DNA of 64,000 nucleotides, from the NCBI GenBank assembly GCA_001464865.1, contig LNEG01000183.1, positions 3,921 to 67,920 of the forward strand, in the 5' to 3' direction. Made by a program: the position numbers and the translations under genes. Shown one piece after another: positions 37,604 through 44,944 of the stretch (its first letter is position 1; each line of letters opens with the position of its first letter). The stretch is from Burkholderiales bacterium Ga0074133. Lineage in GTDB: Bacteria > Pseudomonadota > Gammaproteobacteria > Burkholderiales > Burkholderiaceae_C. A model generated the notes under the pieces. That model saw only the letters and a program-made list of their open reading frames with translations, was not told where the DNA came from and did no database searches.

Positions 37604-40524
37604 GCGCGGTCCCCATCCCGCAAGGCGTGGCCTTTGAGCTGGACGGCCAGTCCGTCACTGCCCACCCCGGCGAAACCATCCTGAAGGCCGCGCAGCGCCA
37701 CGGCGTGGACATCCCGCATCTTTGCTACGCCGACGGGCTGCGCCCCGATGGCAACTGCCGCGCCTGCGTGGTCGAGATCGCCGGTGAACGCACCCTGGCG
37801 CCCAGTTGCTGCCGCGCGCCGACGGAAGGCATGAAGGTGCAGGCGGCCAGCCCGCGCGCCCGCAAGAGCCAGCAAATGGTGGTGGAGATGCTGCTGTCGG
37901 ACATGCCCGATGTGGGCTACCGGTGGAATGACGGCGTTGCGAATGCTCCTGATTTGATAGCTAAAAGGCATGATAACGAAAGGGCCTGTGGCCGATTTGA
38001 CCTGAAAACCGCCGAAAAGGCCGGTCAGCACGGCGAACTGAGCGCCTGGGCGGACCGCCTGGGCGTGGCGGTGCGCCCGGCGCTCCAGGCCCTGCGCCGC
38101 GCCCAACCCGCGCCCGACCTCAGCCACCCCGCGATGGCCGTCAACCTGGACGCCTGCATCCAGTGCAACCGCTGCGTGCGCGCCTGCCGCGAAGAACAGG
38201 TCAACGACGTCATCGGCTACGCGCTGCGAGGGGCAGACAGCAAGATCGTCTTCGACCTCGACGACCCCATGGCCGAGAGCACCTGCGTGGCCTGTGGCGA
38301 ATGTGTGCAGGCCTGCCCCACGGGCGCGCTCAGCCCCAAGACGCACATCGGCTCCCAAAAGGTGGACCGCAAGGTCGATTCGGTCTGCCCGTTCTGCGGC
38401 GTGGGCTGCCTCATCACCTACAACGTGCGCGATGAAAAAATCATCAGCGTGGAAGGCCGCGACGGCCCGGCCAACCACGGCCGCCTGTGTGTGAAGGGGC
38501 GCTTTGGGTTTGACTACGCCCACCACCCCGACCGCCTCACGGTGCCGCTGATCCGCAAGCCCGGCGTGCCCAAAGAGGTGCGGCCCTACGGTGCCGACTG
38601 GCGCGATACCTTCCGCGAAGCGACCTGGGACGAGGCGCTAGACATGGCCGCAGGCCAGCTCAAGAGCCTGCGCGACACGCACGGCCCCAAGGCGCTGGCG
38701 GGCTTTGGCTCGGCCAAGGGCAGCAATGAAGAGGCCTACCTGTTCCAGAAACTGGTGCGCACCGGCTTTGGCAGCAACAACGTGGACCACTGCACGCGGC
38801 TGTGCCACGCGTCCAGCGTGGCGGCGCTGCTCGAAGGCGTGGGCTCGGGCGCGGTGAGCAACCCGGTGAACGACGTGGAGCACGCCGAGCTGATCTTCGT
38901 GATCGGCTCCAACCCCACCGCCAACCATCCCGTGGCGGCCACCTGGATGAAGAACGCCGCCAAGCGCGGCGCGAAGATCGTGCTGGCCGACCCGCGCGTG
39001 ACCGACATTGGCCGCCACGCCTGGCGCACGCTGCAGTTCAAGGCCGATGCCGATGTGGCTATGCTCAATGCGCTCATCCACACGGTGATCGACGAGGGGC
39101 TGGTGGATGAGGCCTTCATCCAGGATCGCGCCAACAACTTCGAGGCCCTCAAGGCCAACGTGATGGGCTGCAGCCCCGAAGCCATGGCCCCCGTGTGCGG
39201 CATCCCGGCCGAGACGCTGCGTGAGGTGGCGCGGGCGTTTGCCACATCGAAGTCCTCCATGATTCTCTGGGGCATGGGCGTGAGCCAGCACATCCACGGC
39301 ACCGACAACGCACGCTGTCTGATCGCGCTGTGCGCCATCACCGGCCAGATCGGCAAGCCCGGCTCGGGCCTGCACCCGCTGCGCGGCCAGAACAACGTGC
39401 AGGGCGCGAGCGATGCGGGCCTGATCCCCATGATGTTCCCCAACTACCAGCGCGTGGACAACGCCGGGGCGCATGCCTGGTTTGAAGACTTCTGGGGCAC
39501 CAAGCTGGACGAAGCGCCGGGCTACACCGTGGTCGAAATCATGCATAAGGCCCTGGCACCCGACAGCGACCCGCACAAGGTGCGCGGCATGTACATCATG
39601 GGCGAGAACCCGGCCATGAGCGACCCCGACCTGAACCACGCGCGCCACGCGCTGGCCAGCCTGCAACACCTGGTGGTGCAAGACATCTTTCTGACCGAAA
39701 CGGCCTGGCTGGCCGATGTGGTGTTGCCCGCCAGCGCCTGGCCCGAAAAGACCGGTACGGCCAGCAATACCGACCGCATGGTGCAGATGGGCCGCCGCGT
39801 GCTCAATCCGCCGGGCGATGCGCAGCCGGACCTGTGGATCATCCAGCAGATCGCCGCGCGCATGGGGCTTGGCTGGAACTACGAAGGCGAAGAGTCCGGC
39901 GTGGCCGCTGTCTACGACGAAATGCGCCAGGCCATGCACACGAGCATCGAGGGCATCACCTGGGAGCGCCTCGCGCGCGACTCCAGCGTGACCTACCCCT
40001 GCCTTACCGAAGACGACCCGGGCCAGCCCATCGTCTTCACCGAAAAATTCCCCACGCCCACGGGCCGCCTGCAACTGGTGCCAGCCAGCGTGATCCCGGC
40101 GGCGGAAAAGCCCGATGCCGACTACCCCCTGGTGCTCATCACCGGCCGCCAGCTGGAGCACTGGCACACCGGCAGCATGACGCGGCGCAGCACGGTGCTG
40201 GACGCCATCGAGCCCATGGCCACGGCCTCGCTTCACGGGGACGAGCTGGCGCGGCTGGGTGTGCAGCCGGGCGCCCTGGTGGGCATCCGGTCGCGCCGGG
40301 GCATGGTGAAGGTGCGCGTGCGGCTTGATGACGGCACGCCGCGCGGCACGGTGTTCATGCCCTTTGCGTATGTGGAGGCGGCGGCCAACCTGCTGACCAA
40401 CGCGGCGCTGGATCCGTTCGGCAAGATCCCGGAGTTCAAGTACTGCGCGGTGGCTGTGGAAGCGCTGCACGATGGGGCGCCAGCGGCTTCGGCGGGCGAC
40501 TTGCAACGCCTGACGCAGCCCTGA
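37600..40524 (+). CDS. fdhF: NAD-dependent formate dehydrogenase alpha subunit (FdhF-like, Mo/W-bisPGD)
   Basis: 2Fe-2S, two ferredoxin motifs, CPFCGVGC..LCVKG, VDHCTRLCHASS (Cys ligand), PLRGQNNVQG; no Tat signal. Confidence 0.93.
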   Translation: MSAVPIPQGVAFELDGQSVTAHPGETILKAAQRHGVDIPHLCYADGLRPDGNCRACVVEIAGERTLAPSCCRAPTEGMKVQAASPRARKSQQMVVEMLLSDMPDVGYRWNDGVANAPDLIAKRHDNERACGRFDLKTAEKAGQHGELSAWADRLGVAVRPALQALRRAQPAPDLSHPAMAVNLDACIQCNRCVRACREEQVNDVIGYALRGADSKIVFDLDDPMAESTCVACGECVQACPTGALSPKTHIGSQKVDRKVDSVCPFCGVGCLITYNVRDEKIISVEGRDGPANHGRLCVKGRFGFDYAHHPDRLTVPLIRKPGVPKEVRPYGADWRDTFREATWDEALDMAAGQLKSLRDTHGPKALAGFGSAKGSNEEAYLFQKLVRTGFGSNNVDHCTRLCHASSVAALLEGVGSGAVSNPVNDVEHAELIFVIGSNPTANHPVAATWMKNAAKRGAKIVLADPRVTDIGRHAWRTLQFKADADVAMLNALIHTVIDEGLVDEAFIQDRANNFEALKANVMGCSPEAMAPVCGIPAETLREVARAFATSKSSMILWGMGVSQHIHGTDNARCLIALCAITGQIGKPGSGLHPLRGQNNVQGASDAGLIPMMFPNYQRVDNAGAHAWFEDFWGTKLDEAPGYTVVEIMHKALAPDSDPHKVRGMYIMGENPAMSDPDLNHARHALASLQHLVVQDIFLTETAWLADVVLPASAWPEKTGTASNTDRMVQMGRRVLNPPGDAQPDLWIIQQIAARMGLGWNYEGEESGVAAVYDEMRQAMHTSIEGITWERLARDSSVTYPCLTEDDPGQPIVFTEKFPTPTGRLQLVPASVIPAAEKPDADYPLVLITGRQLEHWHTGSMTRRSTVLDAIEPMATASLHGDELARLGVQPGALVGIRSRRGMVKVRVRLDDGTPRGTVFMPFAYVEAAANLLTNAALDPFGKIPEFKYCAVAVEALHDGAPAASAGDLQRLTQP
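37945..38009 (+). repeat. Dispersed repeat copy H, inside the FDH alpha subunit
   Basis: GCTCCTGATTTGATAGC TAAAAGGC ATGATAACGA AAGGGCCTGTGGCC GATTTGACCTGAAAA; encodes APDLIAKRHDNERACGRFDLK. Confidence 0.8.
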
Positions 40525-40607
40525 CGCGCCGATGCTGCAGCGCAGCACCGGGGGCTTTCCGGGCATTGCGGCCTGCGCCGCGACGGACGGGGGTAAAGTC
40601 CTGCCCC

Positions 40608-41201
40608 ATGACCGAGCGCCCCTACACCGATGTTGCCGTGATCATGCGCCGCGAGCGCCTGGACAACCGCTGGCAGCCCTGGCGCTGGTCGCTCGACAGC
40701 GTGGTGATCAACGAGCCCGCATTCGGCACCGAGCCCCGTGCGCTCATCACCGATACGAATGCACAGCGCTGGCTGTTTCCGGGGTTTCGCGTCGAACTGT
40801 TCCGCGACGATGCCGAGGGCTACCACCTCAACCTCACGTCACCGGCACCTTGCTGGTTTGTGATGTGGCGCATGGACGAAGACACGGGTGACGGCACCGA
40901 GCCGCTGGCCCGGCCGGTGGCTGTAAGCCTGAGCTACCACGACGCTGGCCGGTGGCTGGATGCCCAGGATTCGGTGGAGCAGGTACCCGCACCCGAGCCC
41001 GTGCTCGACGCCATGCGCGCCTTTGTGGCCGAGCACTACCAGCCCGAGCCCAAGCGCCGCAAGCGCCCCGATAGTTTCAAGCCGCTACAGGACCGGTTTG
41101 GCAACCCGGCGTCTGTCTCGACCGACAAGCAGCGCGGCGGCGGTGCTGCGGCAGGCGGCGACCAACCGGCTGGTGCGCGTGAGGGAGGCCACCATGGCTG
41201 A
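40608..41201 (+). CDS. DUF3305 domain protein
   Basis: VAVIMRRE..RWQPWRW, VELFRDDAEGYHLNL, VSLSYHDAGRWLD; FDH neighbourhood. Confidence 0.85.
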   Translation: MTERPYTDVAVIMRRERLDNRWQPWRWSLDSVVINEPAFGTEPRALITDTNAQRWLFPGFRVELFRDDAEGYHLNLTSPAPCWFVMWRMDEDTGDGTEPLARPVAVSLSYHDAGRWLDAQDSVEQVPAPEPVLDAMRAFVAEHYQPEPKRRKRPDSFKPLQDRFGNPASVSTDKQRGGGAAAGGDQPAGAREGGHHG

Positions 41202-41922
41202 CGGCTTCCTGGGCCGCTGGTCGCGGCGCAAGCAGGATGTGCGCGAAGGCAAACCGCTGGAGGAGCCGCCTGCGCCCGCGCCGCGAACGCCTGTCCCTGC
41301 TGCCGCGGTGGCGTCCACTGCAGGCCAGGCACCCGCTGCCGGCCTGGCTGCAGCCGGCCAGCCTGACGGTGCCGTGGCGCCACCCCCCCCTCCTGCCCCC
41401 TCGCTGGAAGATGCCCAGGGACTCACGCCGCAGTCCGACTTCAAGCCGTTCGTGGCGCGTGACGTGGCCCCGGAGGTGCGCAACCTCGCCATGAAGAAGC
41501 TGTTTGCCGATCCGCACTTCAATGTGATGGACGGGCTCGACATTTACATCGGCGACTACTCCCAGCCTGACCCGATGCCCGACGGCATGCTGCGCAAGAT
41601 GGTCAGCGCGCACACGCTGGGCTTTTTCGAACATGAAAAGAAGCAGGGCGATGCCGCCGCCCCGGCCGACACCGTGCAAATTGCGACGGCCGCGCCCCGG
41701 GATGATGCGGGGGCGCAACCCATCCCTGACGTGGCACAGTTGCCCATCGCCGACGCTGCCCCGGGCGTTCCCATCAGCCAGCCTGACCTTGCCAGCGCGT
41801 CTGCAGCAGACCCGTTGGCCCTGTCAGCCAGCCATATCCAACATGACGACCAAGACGCTCATTTGCGACTGCAACCAGACAATGCCCCTCAACGCCAAGG
41901 CGTTGGGCGTGGCACTGCATGA
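41194..41922 (+). CDS. DUF3306 domain protein
   Basis: FLGRWSRRK, SDFKPF, AMKKLFADPHFNVMDGLDIYIGDY. Confidence 0.88.
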   Translation: MADGFLGRWSRRKQDVREGKPLEEPPAPAPRTPVPAAAVASTAGQAPAAGLAAAGQPDGAVAPPPPPAPSLEDAQGLTPQSDFKPFVARDVAPEVRNLAMKKLFADPHFNVMDGLDIYIGDYSQPDPMPDGMLRKMVSAHTLGFFEHEKKQGDAAAPADTVQIATAAPRDDAGAQPIPDVAQLPIADAAPGVPISQPDLASASAADPLALSASHIQHDDQDAHLRLQPDNAPQRQGVGRGTA

Positions 41923-43951
41923 AGACCTGACCCTCCACTCCACGCTGTGCCGCCGCGAGGCGGGCGCGTTCCAGCAGGCGATCCGCTCGGGCGACCAGGT
42001 GGTGGTGGCCTGCACCCAGGAGCAGCGCCTGTTTGCCGAGCTGGGCGAGCAGACCGAAGGCGCGGTGTCCCCCATCCGCTTTGTGAACATCCGCGAAACC
42101 GGCGGCTGGAGCCGCGATGCCGGCGCAGCTACGCCGAAGCTGGCTGGCCTGCTGGCCGCAGCGCGCCTGCCCGACCCGCCCCCGGTTGCCACGGTCACGT
42201 ACAAGAGCGCAGGCAAGCTGCTGGTCATCGGTCCGCTGGATGCTGCCGAGAAGGTGGCGGGCATGGTGTCGGACGTGCTGGACGTGACCGTGTTCACCCA
42301 GGGCCCGGGCAACGCGGGCGGCGCACAGGCGCGCCGCTACCCGGTGCTGGGCGGGCGCATCACCGGCCTTACGGGCTGGCTGGGCGCGTTCGAGGTGAAG
42401 TGGAAGGCCGACAACCCGATCGACCTGGACCTGTGCACGCGCTGCAATGCCTGCGTGGCCGCCTGCCCCGAAAACGCGATCGGGCTTGATTACCAGATCG
42501 ACATGAACGCGTGCACGTCCCACCGCAGCTGCGTCAAGGTCTGCCAGGTGGCGGGCGCCATCGACTTCACGCGCGAAGCGTCCGAACAGCAGGACAAGTT
42601 CGACCTGGTGCTGGACCTGCGCCCGGCCAGCGCCACGCCCACCTTTGTGCAGCACGCCACGCCGCAGGGCTACTTCCGCTGGGATGGCACCGACCTGTCG
42701 ATGCTGCTCAAGCTGCGCGAGATGGTGGGCGAATTTGAAAAGCCCCGCTTCTTTGCCTACAAGCAAAAGCTGTGCGCCCACAGCCGCAACGAAACCGTGG
42801 GCTGCAACGCCTGCGTGGACATCTGCTCGGCCGAGGCCGTCAGCAGCGACAAGAGCCGACAGCGCATCGTGGTGAACCCCAACCTGTGCGTGGGCTGCGG
42901 CGCCTGCACCACGGTATGCCCCACCGGCGCGCTCACCTATGCCTACCCCGCAGCGGCCGAGCAGGGCCAGAAGCTCAAGACGCTGCTGTCCACCTACGCC
43001 GCAGCGGGCGGCAAGGACGCCGTGCTGCTGCTGCACAGCCAGGAGCGCGGCCAGGCGCTGGTGGAAGAACTGGGCCGCGCCGCGCAGCTCAAGGTGGCCA
43101 AGGGTGTGCCGGCCCATGTGATTCCGGTGGCGCTGTGGCACACGGCCAGCACCGGCGTGGACCTGTGGCTGAGCGCTATTGCTTATGGTGCGTCGCAAGT
43201 CGTGCTGCTGACCACCGACGAGGAGGCCCCGCAGTACCTCGATGGCCTGCAGGCCCAGATGGACATCGCCCAGGCCATCCTGCGCGGGCTGGGCTACACG
43301 GGCACCCATGTGCAGCTGGTGCGTGCCAGCCATCCCACCGCGCTCGATGCAGCGCTGCAGGCGCTGGGCCAGACGCGCCAGAAGGTTCCGGCCACTGCCG
43401 CCCGGTTTGCCGTCGCGCCCGAAAAGCGCAGCACGCTGGAGATGGCGCTTGACCACCTGATCGAACACGCGCCAACACCCGCAGCCAGTCTGCCCGCCGC
43501 CATCGCGCTGCCCGCAGCGGGCTCGCCGCTGGGCACCATCGAGGTCAATAAGGACCGCTGCACGCTGTGCCTGAGCTGCGTCAGCGCCTGCCCCGCCAGC
43601 GCCCTCCAGGACAACCCGCAGCTGCCCCAGCTGCGCTTCATTGAAAAAAATTGCGTGCAGTGCGGCCTGTGCGCCACCACCTGCCCCGAAGACGCCATCA
43701 CGCTGCAGCCGCGCCTGCTGCTGTCGCCCGAGCGCGCGCAGCTGCGCGTGCTCAACGAGGCCAAGCCCTGGGCCTGCATTCGATGCAGCAAGCCGTTTGG
43801 CACCGTCAAGGCCATCGAGGCCATGCTGGGCAAGCTGGCGGGCCACGCCATGTTTCAGGGTGAGGCGCTGGAGCGCCTGAAGATGTGCAGCGATTGCCGT
43901 GTGATCGACCTGTATTCCTCCAACAGCGAATCGAAAGTGACGGACCTGTGA
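41843..43951 (+). CDS. Multi-4Fe-4S ferredoxin-like protein
   Basis: Several CxxCxxCxxxCP motifs; N-terminal VVVACTQE...FVNIRETGGW segment. Confidence 0.88.
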   Translation: MTTKTLICDCNQTMPLNAKALGVALHEDLTLHSTLCRREAGAFQQAIRSGDQVVVACTQEQRLFAELGEQTEGAVSPIRFVNIRETGGWSRDAGAATPKLAGLLAAARLPDPPPVATVTYKSAGKLLVIGPLDAAEKVAGMVSDVLDVTVFTQGPGNAGGAQARRYPVLGGRITGLTGWLGAFEVKWKADNPIDLDLCTRCNACVAACPENAIGLDYQIDMNACTSHRSCVKVCQVAGAIDFTREASEQQDKFDLVLDLRPASATPTFVQHATPQGYFRWDGTDLSMLLKLREMVGEFEKPRFFAYKQKLCAHSRNETVGCNACVDICSAEAVSSDKSRQRIVVNPNLCVGCGACTTVCPTGALTYAYPAAAEQGQKLKTLLSTYAAAGGKDAVLLLHSQERGQALVEELGRAAQLKVAKGVPAHVIPVALWHTASTGVDLWLSAIAYGASQVVLLTTDEEAPQYLDGLQAQMDIAQAILRGLGYTGTHVQLVRASHPTALDAALQALGQTRQKVPATAARFAVAPEKRSTLEMALDHLIEHAPTPAASLPAAIALPAAGSPLGTIEVNKDRCTLCLSCVSACPASALQDNPQLPQLRFIEKNCVQCGLCATTCPEDAITLQPRLLLSPERAQLRVLNEAKPWACIRCSKPFGTVKAIEAMLGKLAGHAMFQGEALERLKMCSDCRVIDLYSSNSESKVTDL

Positions 43952-44577
43952 GCGCCAACCCATCCCTGATCCCACCCGGCAGCTCCGCGCTTGACGAAGA
44001 GACCGCCCGCGCCGAGCTGTACGGGTTGCTGTCGCAGCTGTACTACGCGCCCCCGGGGCCCGAGGTGCTGTCGGCCCTGCGCGTGGCCGTGACCGAGGCG
44101 CCCGCCGAGGGCGGATTTCTGCAGGAGCCATGGCAGCAACTGGTAGCCAGCGCCCGGGCGCTGAGCGACGCAGACATTGCGCGCGAGTTCGACCGCCTGT
44201 TTGGCGGCGTCGGCAAGCCCGAGGTGTACCTGTTCGGCTCGCACTACCTGAGCGGCTTCCTGAACGAGAAGCCGCTGGCCCGCCTGCGCGCCGATCTGGA
44301 TCGCCTGGGCCTGGCGCGCGACGAGGCCATGCCCGAGACGGAAGACCACATCGCCTACCTTTGCGAGGTGATGCGCTACCTGATTGCCGGCGATGACGTG
44401 GGCGTGTGCAATCTCTCATCCCAGCGTGAATTTTTCTCAACCCATGTGCAGCCGTGGGTGCTGCGACTGTGCGAGGCCTTGGCAACGCATCGCAACGCGC
44501 ACTTTTATGCATGTCTTGCAGGGTTAACCCAGGCATTTGTGTCTGTGGAAACCCAGGGCTTTGACATGCTTGACTGA
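43948..44577 (+). CDS. TorD/DmsD family redox enzyme maturation chaperone
   Basis: ARAELYGLL, EFDRLF, GSHYLSG, ETEDHIAYLCE, FFSTHVQPW. Confidence 0.9.
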   Translation: MSANPSLIPPGSSALDEETARAELYGLLSQLYYAPPGPEVLSALRVAVTEAPAEGGFLQEPWQQLVASARALSDADIAREFDRLFGGVGKPEVYLFGSHYLSGFLNEKPLARLRADLDRLGLARDEAMPETEDHIAYLCEVMRYLIAGDDVGVCNLSSQREFFSTHVQPWVLRLCEALATHRNAHFYACLAGLTQAFVSVETQGFDMLD

Positions 44578-44720
44578 CCTGAACCTGACAGATTTCCCCG
44601 GCGTCACCCGTAAAAGGTGACTGCTTTGGTGGGGGGTGTAAGCGTCGATTGCAGCGACTTACACAACGTCATAGACTGTATGAAATCCGTTTCATAGCCG
44701 CCAGCCATTCTGGAGACACC

Positions 44721-44930
44721 ATGCAGAACCGCCAGCCCAATTCCTCGCGCCGCAACTTCTTTGCCGGCGCCGCCACCGTCGGCGCTGCAGCAGCAGCCGT
44801 CGTGGCAATTCCCCACGTGGCCACGCCTGTGGCCGCTGAACCAGAGGCGGCGCGCCAACCCCCCGAAAAAGGCGGCGGCTACTACCTTTCGGCACACGTG
44901 AAGCATTACTACAAGACCACTCAACTCTGA
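44721..44930 (+). CDS. Small Tat-signal protein preceding the FDH alpha subunit
   Basis: SRRNFF twin-arginine motif; GYYLSAHVKHYYKT C-terminus; RBS GGAG. Confidence 0.85.
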   Translation: MQNRQPNSSRRNFFAGAATVGAAAAAVVAIPHVATPVAAEPEAARQPPEKGGGYYLSAHVKHYYKTTQL

Positions 44931-44944
44931 TAGCGGGGCCAGCC

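Noticed and set aside
43175-43191. GCTATTGCTTATGGTGC as another repeat copy
   Set aside because: Right arm is poor, the body is absent, and it encodes an apparently structural AIAYGA motif.
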